The position numbers and the translations under genes were made by a program. A stretch of 63,448 bases of DNA, the filler included, from Saprolegnia diclina VS20 (taxonomy: Eukaryota): the NCBI RefSeq assembly GCF_000281045.1. It is 7 parts of 4 records of this genome, joined end to end, with 100 filler letters (N's around TTAATTAATTAA, not from the genome) between each part and the next. Parts side by side here need not be neighbours in the genome. Positions count along the whole stretch, not along the records: positions 1 to 23,689 come from NW_008246212.1; 6 more parts are not named here. One strand, given 5' to 3'. How positions within the stretch are numbered: the first letter of the stretch is position 1; every line of letters starts with the position of its first letter. The notes below the pieces were generated by a model. That model did not search any database. It was not told the origin of the DNA and was given only the letters and a program-made list of their open reading frames with translations. Positions 1 through 11,717 of the stretch are shown one piece after another.

Positions 1-93
1 CGCACCGCGAAGGTCACGCAGGAGTTCTTCCTCGTGCATGCACCATTGGTTCGCCGTCGTCGAAGTCTGCCAAGGCTCATCGGCGATTTGTAG
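1..93 (+). CDS. 3' end of an upstream gene (partial, unknown product)
   Basis: Open frame from base 1 (RTAKVTQEFFLVHAPLVRRRRSLPRLIGDL*) with coding-like GC content, followed by AT-richer 3'UTR-like sequence. Confidence 0.4.
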   Translation, partial: RTAKVTQEFFLVHAPLVRRRRSLPRLIGDL

Positions 94-482
94 ATCTGTC
101 ATTAAATGTATATTTCATGCATCACGAAAGCAATAAGTTGTCAATGCGTCGCTTTGGAGTATGATATGACAAAGGTAAACGAGTACTAGTACAGTACAAT
201 GTATGTCAGCGAATACTAACTGTTAGCGGGACTTGGACTCCGTAAAGTTTATGGCATTGCTATTGGGTAAATTGGAGTGTTTGCTGGCCCCCACCAACCA
301 GCCGTACGTGTAAAAACAACAAAGCGTTTTTGCGAGCCACTTTGATTGTACTTGTTGTACTTGGAACCTAGCGCCGAACTGATGTGCAATTTGTATCGCG
401 ATTTATGTATACTCTAATCAGGTTGGCTTTTTTTAGAATGGTTGCATATCTTGTCCGGATCGAATCCACACACGAGAGTAAC

Positions 483-1361
483 ATGGGCCAGACACTGAGC
501 TGCTGCCGCTCGAGCGAGGATGAACATGTCGACAAGCCAGCGACTGCGAAGGTGCGTGGCCAGACCATGTCGATGGACAGCGATCCATATGTACTGCTCC
601 TGCGGCCATCGCGAAACCTTGCCGAAGATCCAACAACAGCCAACGACGTCGTCAAGCCTGCACGTCAACGCGCTACAGTGATTGTGCGCGGACCGACTCG
701 TGGCCATGTGCGCAGTGCCAGTCTCGAAACCTTCGAGCTCGAGGTACTGACTAACGCGGAAAACATCGTTAACAACAACGCGCCGTTGAGTGAAAGCGAC
801 CTTTTGCTTCCACTACTGTCTCTCAAGCGTCCGCCAGCAGTACTTCTCTCGCCAAGCGTTTCGTGGGAGACTCGTTCTTTTGACGAATGCCCCAGTGTCG
901 GGGACGACGGCGAAGTGCGTGCTTGTGGCACTTCCAACCAAGACGAGACGCCAGCATCATACACCGTGGCTGTCACTCGCTTCTTCCCGATAGAAGACAA
1001 GTTTGAGTTCCACGTGACGGTTTTCGACGCAACCGGCGACCGCAAGCTCAAGCTCATTCGTGACCATGTCCGCTGCAAGCGCTACCATAGTTATCTGGAA
1101 GATACTGCAAGGCGCCACCGGGTATCCTGCCCCGTGCTGCCGCGCACACAAAAGCAAGACCGAATTCACGGGCGACAGCTCATGGAAATTTACATTGCTG
1201 CCGTATTAGCGTCGCCCGTGCTACGTGATGCAAGGTGCTCGCTTAAATACTTTCACGTGCTGCCACCGACGAAGCCCAAAACATCGCCGTCGGCGAAGCG
1301 CAGCCCAAGTGAGAAGCGCCAGCCGTGGCGCAACTATGTCCATTCTCCAAGCCACAAATAA
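483..1361 (+). CDS. Putative N-acylated protein with C-terminal PX-like domain
   Basis: ATG at 483 gives MGQTLSCC (myristoylation plus palmitoylation-type N-terminus). The C-terminal half, YTVAVTRF..FHVTV..CPVLPR..QLMEIYIAAVLASPVLRD..LKYF, has PX-like spacing. Confidence 0.6.
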   Translation: MGQTLSCCRSSEDEHVDKPATAKVRGQTMSMDSDPYVLLLRPSRNLAEDPTTANDVVKPARQRATVIVRGPTRGHVRSASLETFELEVLTNAENIVNNNAPLSESDLLLPLLSLKRPPAVLLSPSVSWETRSFDECPSVGDDGEVRACGTSNQDETPASYTVAVTRFFPIEDKFEFHVTVFDATGDRKLKLIRDHVRCKRYHSYLEDTARRHRVSCPVLPRTQKQDRIHGRQLMEIYIAAVLASPVLRDARCSLKYFHVLPPTKPKTSPSAKRSPSEKRQPWRNYVHSPSHK

Positions 1362-1807
1362 TGTTCTTGTATGCTTTGTGCGTGGCATTATGATGTCCAC
1401 TCTCCTGCGCTCTTTTTCGCGTACCTCGAAGTAGCCCTTCGCGACATGGCGGCAACTGCAGGTGTCCCTCGCCGACTTCTCTGCTCCACCGTAGCACTTT
1501 AGACGCTCCAGTGCTGCACCGTGGGCCGGTCGCCACTGACGACGCTGCCCCATGTGCTCAACGACTATCTCTCCCTCGTCCCGTCTTTCGCAAAGCGCCT
1601 CAGGAACCGCGACAATCTCAAGGAGCTCACCGCCATGGCGCTGAACAAGGAGCTCTGGAGCGTGCTAACCGAGGCAATCGTTGACGCTTGCCCCGACGTC
1701 CCCATAGACGCACGACGCTGTCGGATACTTCCTTGCACGTATGCGACAATCCTCCTGCATAGCGCTCACAGCCAGTACTGCTGTGTTGATTTACGCGAAT
1801 AAACGGC

Positions 1808-2172
1808 ATATATATGAAAGTGTTCCGCGTTTTCTTATTACAAATACCTCGCTTACGCAGAGACTAGCAATCTCCTTCTTCACTCACTCGCTGGGTCGTG
1901 GCTGCGCAGGCGATGGCACGGGGGCTCGTCTTGCTCTTCTGTAGTCGCGTTGGGGCGCTTGTGGGCGCGAGTGAGGCCCATGGTGACACGGTTCCTAAAG
2001 GCCTTCCAGGCTTCGCCATCGGCGGCAAAGCTACGCAGTTTCTTGAGGTCATCGAGAGACACCAGCGACTGAGGCGGCGTCAGCGACTGGAGGTCACGAT
2101 GCAGTACGATCGGCAATATGAGCTTGGCGCAGCCTAAAAAACGGGGCGTCTCGGGCGGGGCACAGAATAAAC
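1808..2172 (-). mobile_element. 5'-truncated non-LTR retrotransposon (RTE-like LINE) 3' fragment, copy 1
   Basis: Diverged but colinear match to 49596-49936. Minus strand reads RLFCAPPETPRFLGCAKLILPIVLHRDL...LRSFAADGEAWKAF, resembling the RGRP-x-T..DL..LAxDRxxW C-terminus of RTE-type ORFs; it ends in a short (TA)n tail. Confidence 0.6.
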
Positions 2173-2374
2173 GTCATATCTATCTACTATCTACGATGTC
2201 CGCTATTACTACACGGATATTTTGCGAGGCTGCGGTGGATCGCAGAACGAAACATAGAGCGCACAATTTGTTTTCCAATGAAGTATATATCGTGCATATC
2301 ATGGAGTCAAGTTGTCCCCCAAGGCTCCAAGTGTAGGACAATGTATCGCGCAGCAATCGGAGTTGTGTGAGAAG

Positions 2375-3073
2375 CTATTCGCGTGATCGCTTGGGCGTAA
2401 GCGCAATCGACGCAATGTTGCCATCGATGTGAGGAACCATGTCTTGGTTGCGGTCACAGTAAAGCAGGCTCGCCACGCACACTTGTTGCAGCACAAGTCG
2501 CGCATCTGAGAGCGAGTCTCCAGTCTTGTTCATGTCGATACTCAACTGCACGGATTTGCCCCGGACCAAATCGGACCGAATGGTCGCAAGGAGTTGGTCT
2601 CTAAAACCGGTCTCTCGCGTGAACTGGACGTAGCTGAGCTGCTGCGAAATGGTTCCTTCTGAGGCCGTGCCGCAGGGCGTACCATCTACATGTACGACAC
2701 TTTCTTGTGGATTCGCGCCCAGTTTATCGTCGCGAGCTGGCTCGTTGTTGTTGTTGCTCATGATCGCGGCGCCGCGCTTCAGCCGGTTTTCCTCCTTGAG
2801 TAGAAGCCACTTTCTGTATTGGTAGGTTCGTTTGAGAAGCGCCTCCGACGCGATATCATGAGCACGCTGGCGACCACGGTACGAAGCTTGAATCGCAGCC
2901 ACAGACATGAGGGCATCCCTGGTTACTGTGGTTTGTTTTGGCTCTTCTCGCTTTACTGTGGCGGTGGTGGCCGAGCTGCAATAAGTTCTTGGCTCCTTCA
3001 TTTGCGCAGCTTTTGCGTTCCATGCTTTCAGCATCGCCTTCTGCTCCGTCCGCGTTATGGCAGCAAACTCCAT
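2375..3073 (-). CDS. Hypothetical protein with a single IQ-like motif
   Basis: Long ORF; likely start MEFAAITR at 3073; AAIQASYRGRQRAH is IQ-like. Confidence 0.6.
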   Translation of the reverse strand: MEFAAITRTEQKAMLKAWNAKAAQMKEPRTYCSSATTATVKREEPKQTTVTRDALMSVAAIQASYRGRQRAHDIASEALLKRTYQYRKWLLLKEENRLKRGAAIMSNNNNEPARDDKLGANPQESVVHVDGTPCGTASEGTISQQLSYVQFTRETGFRDQLLATIRSDLVRGKSVQLSIDMNKTGDSLSDARLVLQQVCVASLLYCDRNQDMVPHIDGNIASIALTPKRSRE

Positions 3074-3295
3074 CGAGGCTAAATATACACCGTTTGGTTG
3101 TGCTTGCGTGCAATTAATAAAACCGCCACACATTATTCCACACACCATGAGGGCACACTGCGAAACGACGTAACGTGATTGAGGCGAAGCGCAAAACCCT
3201 TTGCGATCAACGTCAATATGTAAGTCTTTGATATAACAAACTTGAGAAAGGTAAACGCGTGGTAAGTATTTCTTTCGTTGTATAGTGCATTTGTC

Positions 3296-6042
3296 TCACA
3301 TTCGGCGCAGCGTCTGGATCGGTGGACTCTCGAGGCTAAACTCGGTCCAGCCGCGATGTCGAACCCACGCGCGAACGCGAAAACAGTACCACGAGAGCGC
3401 CGAGAGGTTGGGAACGACGCAAGTTCGGCTCGGGAGCCTGTCGTCCACGATCGTCCACGTTCCTTTCGTGGCCGCACTGGTGCCAAGCTGGTCAAGTGGA
3501 CTATACGTTGGGAGCGGGCACATGTGCACCTCAAAGTGCTCTTTCATATCGTGGCGGCTATTCACGTCGGCTTGGTCCATCCACGTAAGCGTTAGCGAGT
3601 ACGATGTCTTGGCGACGGCAACTGGTGGCGTTGGCGGCAAGAAAGCTATGGCATTTACCAAATAGTTACTTTGGTACCACAAAGCGGATGTACCGTGCGT
3701 CCAAAAGGCCAGTGATGGTGCTCCATACTCACCCCATCCGAGGGCATTCCTCGCTCGGATGCGAAAACTATAGGGTGTGCCCACGGCAAGACCCGGAACG
3801 TGCACGGACGAAAACTCAACCGGAATCGAGTTCGATACGGTGATCCAGGGAGCCGTCGGGTCCGTTTCGGCACCCGAAAGCAGATTTGACGCGACGCGCT
3901 CGCGCATCGCTTGACGCTGAAGTTCGTACGTGAGCACAACAAAGCCATTGCAGCGTGGCGCGGACCACGCTACATCCATTGTTGTCTGAGATCGTGCGAG
4001 CATCCTGACATCAACGGGGCCCTCGGGTGCAGCACCTATGGGCTAGTGAGTGAAGGGAATTTCAGGTTCAAGCCACCCTCAGTGTAAAAGACCGGGCTGA
4101 TTGCGCAGTTGGTGAGGGTCTCCCATGAAGGTTCACCAAGTGGTACAAAAGCATAATGCGGGCGCACTTGAAATTGGAATGCAGTGGCGGGCACAAGGCC
4201 TTGTACGCAGTAGCGCTGATCGTGCACGGTAGACGGCACCAAGAGCCAGTCTTGCGCGCCAACGAACCGGTACGAAAGCTCGTACATGTCAATGTCATAT
4301 GGCGAGTAGGGCTTGGGCCATATCAATGTCAGCGATGTTGACGACCTCTCAACCATTTTAGGTGCGTCTAGGAAAAGTCTCGTCTCGTCGATGAGAATGA
4401 AAAAGCATACCGTTCGTGCAAATCCCATCACTTACGTCGCCAGCGTCCGACCACCCCAACGCATTGGCTGCCTTCAAGCGAAAAAAATAGACGCAACCTG
4501 GGGTGAGCCCTGATGCAACGAACTCGCGGAACCCGTCGCGTTTAAGAGCTAGCTTCGCTGGGTCGCCAACCCAGAGCTGCGTCCACGCGCCGTCTACCGC
4601 TTTGACGTCCATGAGAGACATCTATACGAACTCGGTATTTGGTGATGACTCGATGTGAGATAGAAGTACGAAAGCATCTGTCGTGCTAAGATTGATAGAG
4701 CCCGTGCGTTGAACGAGCACAACGAGTCTCTGGATCTCCAATCCATTGGGTTCTGGCACAGGTAGTAGCATCTACGTTTCAATATCTTGTGTCAGTCCAC
4801 TTGCAGGAAACGGGGCGTTGACTTTGATGAATTTGTCGGCTACACTTGTCACACGCGGGGCTTTAGGAGCTGTAGGTACGGACGCTGCGAGACATTGATC
4901 AATACATTAATTCGCGGGTGACATCGTGCCGTACGTGCAGTCGTCGCGAAGAGGTTGGAACTGTCACGGCTCCAACCAGCAGCGTTGCCCGCTTGCACTG
5001 TAATGACGTATAACGTGGCGGGCACAAGGTTTCTCACGACCAAGTTGGCCTTGCTGCAGACAATGGTGCTCGGCTCCACCGCGGTCTCGAGTTTCCACTG
5101 AACTCTATACTGAAGGATGGGCGCAGGCGCGGTGGCTGATCGTCGGGTTGACGCGACACCGGGCTCCCAGCTCAAGTGCAAGTTTGAAGGCTCGCTCAAG
5201 ACACATGCCAATCGCGCTGGCGGATACGGGACCCCTAGTATGTGTCATTTTCATCTACTCTAAGCTCAGTATGCTTCTGTGTGAACCCACCTTGAAGCAT
5301 TGTTTGGATCGCCTCGGAAGGAAACTCTTGAGCGACATCGTACGGCAGCATTCGATCCTATACATGTATGAGACTAAGTTGATGCATACCATCCCAATCA
5401 AGCACACCTGGCCGGGAATTTTCGCGGCGTCGTGACGTAAGAGCTGCTCAACACACGCCTGGTTGCCAAACATGACGGCAGTGTGCAATGGGGTCGATTG
5501 TGTCTGCAAAGAAATGATAAAGGCACAAGAATGACGCACTACCGTTGCCAGGGCGTTTACGTCGGCACCTGCGCGGATGAGACGCGCCATGATACGGCCA
5601 TCAGGTTGATTGGCAGCTGCATGCATTGCAGTGTATCCCAGTACCTATATCTCGGACGTCAAGGTTTTGCCAACGGTGTGCACGGCCAAACTGCTATCCA
5701 ATATACCGTGTGGGTTCGGTCAATAGGAATCCCAGCGCGAACAAAGAGATCGACACGGCTCTCGAGACCTTCACCCGCAGACTCGATGAAGTCGTCGACA
5801 AGCCATTGCAGTGAAATAGGGTCATGCATGCGTTTGTGAATGCCCTCAAGTGTTAGAGGCAGCCTCTTGGTCTTCTCGAGTGGCGTTAGCGCCTTGTTTT
5901 GCTTGCGCTACACGCTGCGGTCAAGGAGACAAAGAGAAGGTTGGTATACCCGCTGCATGACCTTGCGCGGTTGGCGCGCAGCCTTTTCGTCCAGCACGAT
6001 CTGACGCAGCATGTGCGTCGCCGACTTCGAGTTGGTGTCCAT
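3296..6042 (-). CDS. Multi-exon ankyrin-repeat + multiple fibronectin type III domain protein
   Basis: Start MDTNSKSATH at 6042. Ankyrin exons (GYTAMHAAA..LIRAGADVNA; TPLHTAVMFGNQACVEQLL) are followed by about 5 FN3 repeats (LVPATLYVITVQAGNAAGWS; LTPGCVYFFRLKAANALGWS; LVPATAFQFQVR; LAVGTPYSFRIRARNALGWG; LSALSWYCFRVRA). Exon boundaries are approximate. Confidence 0.8.
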
Positions 6043-6215
6043 GAAATTCCAAAAATACCTTCGTCCTCGAGCGTCCCTTCACCGACGTTGGAGCAAGCTT
6101 GGAACCAATGATGACGTAATCGAGAGATCCGCAACAGGACGCCCGAGCACTGATTGGCTTATTTCGTCTGGTAACATTGGTAACATTGGCGGGGCTCAGT
6201 TTCGAATCGGCGGTC
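6043..6215. promoter_or_regulatory. Compact bidirectional promoter (ANK-FN3 gene / DHFR-TS) with CCAAT boxes and INR-like element
   Basis: 173 bp between divergent ATGs. One CCAAT (~6105), three ATTGG (~6153, ~6176, ~6185) and GCTCAGTTTCGAAT at ~6194. Confidence 0.55.
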
Positions 6216-7809
<1,594 letters not shown>

Positions 7810-8062
7810 AAAAGCTAAACGAAACGGGACCTGAAATGATGTACTTCGACATCCTGGAATTTAAATCTGTGAATCCATTACACTGAACGTCCTGACTAAC
7901 AATATCGTGGGACCAGACTCCTTCCCCCGCAGGGTAGAGAAAGCGGCAGCAATGCACAACTCTACCAGGTTGCTTGTGTATATTGTGCGTAGCTCGCTGC
8001 TCAAACAGTTGGTATTGTATTTTAGCCGCAAGACCACGAGGTACCGGTTAGCCCGCTACACA

Positions 8063-9517
8063 CTAGGACCGCTTGGCGTCGCGCACCTTGTCGTAGGCAG
8101 CAGCCAGAAGTGCTGGGCCGAGACCGAGGAGGTATACAAAGGCGTAGGCGAAGAATGTACCAGCGTGCACCGGGTGGTCCATATCCAACATTGCCTTGGC
8201 CCAAATGTGCTCATAATAGTGCGCGACGACACCCAGCGAGACCAAGAGGTGCACGGCGCCTCCAACTTGAACCTTGAGTGGTGCTGCACAGAGGAGGAAG
8301 AGAACGCTTGTGCCAGAGTGCACAAGGAAGAATCCGAGCGTTAAGAGCTGCAAGAGAATGTAACCACTGGGGCTGCTCGTCTGGAGACTGCGAAGGACGT
8401 CAGTATCAAGCACGACAGACGACGCTCCAACGGCCCCAAAGAAGCACATGGCGAGGAAATTGAGGACAAGGACGACGTGTTGCGCTTGGATGCGACGCTG
8501 GAGGCTGCGAACGAAGATCGCGACGACGTATACTGGTGGTGCCATGAGCACGCCGACAACGACGACAGTTGCGGATGTCGCATGCGAGTCCCCAACGATC
8601 GGTGCAACGTTCGAGCGGATGTTTTCGTGTGACTGTAGTAGCGCGTTCTTGCCTTGAGCAACAGCAGCAGCGACGTCTTCAGGCACGCGAATGACGGAAC
8701 GGGCCTTGGCAAGTGCAGCTTTGAGCTCTGGACGCATCTCGCCTAGTTCGTTGCTGCGCGCCGCGAGGTAGTCGGCAAGCATTGGATGGGCAAGGTGGTC
8801 AAGTGCTTCGTCGTGAATCGCTCCCAACGCCTTGTGCTCGTCTTTCTACAAGCCCCCATGTTACAGGGATCATTCACCGATGGTACATACAAGCTGTTCG
8901 TAGGAGGCCAGCATCTCGATGACGTCGTCACGATATTTCATGACATCTTGTTGCAAAGAGAGGCCCCGTGCAATCTCTTTGGCAAGTTCTGACTTCAGCA
9001 GGTCGACGGCCTCCTGGTGCTCGCGCAGCTCTGCTGACAGTGTAGCCTGGGCGGCCTTGTGAACGCCAACCTCTTTCTCTGCACTTTCACGTCTCTCAAC
9101 TTCCTGTGCGAGAGCTGTGATGTGCAGTCGCTTGTACTCCGTGAGCGCTTGCTGAGCCTTTACAGATGAGCGCGCCTCTTCTAAGAGCTTTGTTTCGGCC
9201 ATTTGGGCCAACTCATCGGCTCGTTTGACTATAGTGGCAAAATTTTCTTGCATTCGCGACGAAAGAGAGCGAAGCGCACCTTTGCCCGTGAGATCCTTGA
9301 TTTCTTCTATACGAAGATCCGACGCAGTCTCACAAGCCATCACTGCGCTTTGGGTAGTGACGAGTCGATCGGTGAGCGTCGCGATTTGGGCGATGTCTTC
9401 AGGAAGCGAAGCACACACGAGTGTGGGCACGACGCCGCCTTCAATACCGACTGCAGCTTCATCAGCCACTGCCGTCAAGACACGAAGCCAAACAAGCGTG
9501 GCACCAAGGACGCGCAT
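8063..9517 (-). CDS. Signal-peptide, coiled-coil, C-terminal multi-pass membrane protein (2 exons; intron ~8847-8890)
   Basis: MRVLGATLVWLRVLTAVA signal-like start; heptad-rich middle; splice YEQL|GTATGT..TGTAG|KDEHKAL joins the 299-aa and 254-aa ORFs; about 5-6 hydrophobic helices at the C-terminus. Confidence 0.75.
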
Positions 9518-10336
9518 CGCAGAATCCCGAGGAGCTTCTACCAGCACCAGCCACGTTTCGGACAACGCCCACCGTTCAACGCTCAAGATCGGTTTCAGAA
9601 TAGGCGTATAATGGCAACGGTTTTTGCCTATTGATGTGTCGCGTTCCCTTGGCGATGAGCTTTCCCGATGGTGTATTTGTACGTGTAGCAATATAACCGC
9701 ATCGTCCTCTGCGCATCGTCCTCCGAGCTCGTCACCTGCGCAACCATTCCTGCCGTCTCCTGGGTGCACTCGTGCGCTTTACCCTGTTGTTACCGGTTTG
9801 AGTGTGCATAACGTCGCCACCCAGCAGCCCCTGCCGTCCAGATTGTGTTCTCACGACGCAGACGCGCGTATTCTCTGGTCACTTATCACTTGCTTTATGG
9901 GTATTGTGCGCCTCAGGCTGCTGAGTAAATATTCATACACACGCTGTGGCATGATATCGCTCTACCAGTTCGTGGATGTCCGAAACTCTACGTCCCTTAA
10001 ATGAAAGTACTTCATACAAGAGATAGCGAGAGGCCGGTTGCTTAGCGAGTCGAGGGGCTTTAATCCTCTCCTCCTTCAATGTCGCTTCATTATCAAGACA
10101 AATGCGAATGGTTCAAGTCGCACCGACTAAATTGATGAAGCCAATGCATACGTTTCTACTACTACACACGGAAATGCAAATCTCGGACTGATTGGAAACG
10201 TAGCGAAATGCCAACAACGGAGGACCACCAGATCCACCAGCTGCTAACTCAGACAGTATTTCAGGGCGAAATTCTTAATGGTGTGAGAGCTTAAACGAAC
10301 CAATCAGAGCGCACTGTCATATCACCATTTTGCAAG

Positions 10337-11554
10337 ATGGACGGGACGACGGAGAAGCGGTGGCTGACCGACGGCGAGAAGGACGGCGAGCATATTGCGA
10401 TCGTGAGCTACCCGCGCTCAGGCAACTCGCTTATGCGTGGTCTTCTCGAGAGTGTCACAGGCATCTACACGGGCTGCGACACCCAGCCCGACCGCAGCCT
10501 GAGTCTCGAGCTCCAAAACTATGGCATGAAGGGCGAGGTACCAACAAAACTGTGTTCGCCTGCGTCAACTCAACGTGCAAACACAGGGAGTCGTCGACGA
10601 GTCTGTTTGGTTCGTCAAGTCTCATTACCCTGAACGATCTGGCTACAAGCCCGTGGCCGTGCACAAGGCGATTCTTGTCGTGCGCAACCCGTGGGATGCA
10701 ATCAACTCGTACTTCAACATGACGTTGACCAACAGCCACAACAAGAGCGTTCACGACTCACAGTACGATCGCTTCGCGGAGCGCTGGGACAAGATGATCC
10801 AGAACGAAATCCAAGTTTGGATCCGGTTTCACCAGTATTGGACAACACGCGTCGACATACCGATCATGGTCGTGCGCTACGAAGACCTCATGGTCAACCG
10901 GTAGGTTACACAGAGGCGTGACAAAGTATTTCCTCGGCTCATAACGTCGTGATGTACGCTAGGCGAGAGTCGCTACACCGAGTGTGTAAATTCATTCTTG
11001 GAAAGGAGCCGAAGGACTCGCTTTGGGTACGATGCGACTTGCGGTGTTGATGACCGAAGGACATGACGAAATTGATGCTCAAAATCGTATAGGATACAGA
11101 GTGGGGTGAGCGAATCACATCCGTCATCGCGGCAGACGACGCAGGGCCGTACAAGCCACGCAGTGGCAAAATCAGCGCGTCCTTCCGGCACTACTCGCCG
11201 ATCCAGTTCCAGGATGTTTTGACGACAGCGCGACCACTCCTACGCCAATTTGGCTACGACACAGAGACGCAGAATTTTCCCGAGACCATTCCCCTACCGA
11301 ACCGTCAGGTGAAGCCCGGCAAGAGTGACGCCAAGCCGCTCATTCTGTCGGCCGACGGCCTCGAGCTGCGCGGCCGTAACGACTCTTTCGGCCGGCTCTC
11401 GACGTGGTTTCGCAAAACGCTACTGGATCCAGTGGTTGCAAGCGATGGCACAGAGCTCAACATGGACGAGGTGCTCGCCGCTCGCGACCGGAAGCGCCAG
11501 AGAGGCGAAATGGACGTGCTATTGGCCAAAAAGGCTGAACATAAAGAATTGTAG
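10337..11554 (+). CDS. PAPS-dependent sulfotransferase-family protein; exons ~10337-10537, 10587-10900, 10963-11026, 11093-11554
   Basis: 5'-PSB loop IVSYPRSGNSLMRGLLE, VKSH, 3'-PB motif ILVVRNPWDAINSYF, VVRYEDL; GT-AG introns restore the frame. Confidence 0.85.
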
Positions 11555-11717
11555 ATACATGCAGTGCTTTCATTTGTGGGAAACAAGCCAATCAGACACG
11601 TAGAATGCGTACCCATCTCAGGTTGGATGCTCAGATTGGCCGCCGACCAGCCAGTAAGCGAGGACGCAGAAAGATCTGCAGCTGGCAAGAAGTATTTCCA
11701 ATTCGGACGGGGAAGAT

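Noticed and set aside
1390..1802. Possible small spliced gene or relic downstream of the PX-like gene
   Set aside because: Coding-like composition, but I could not build a consistent start and exon model.
10030..10080. tRNA-like start GGCCGGTTGCTTAGCGAGTCG
   Set aside because: No T-loop GTTC and no cloverleaf can be drawn.
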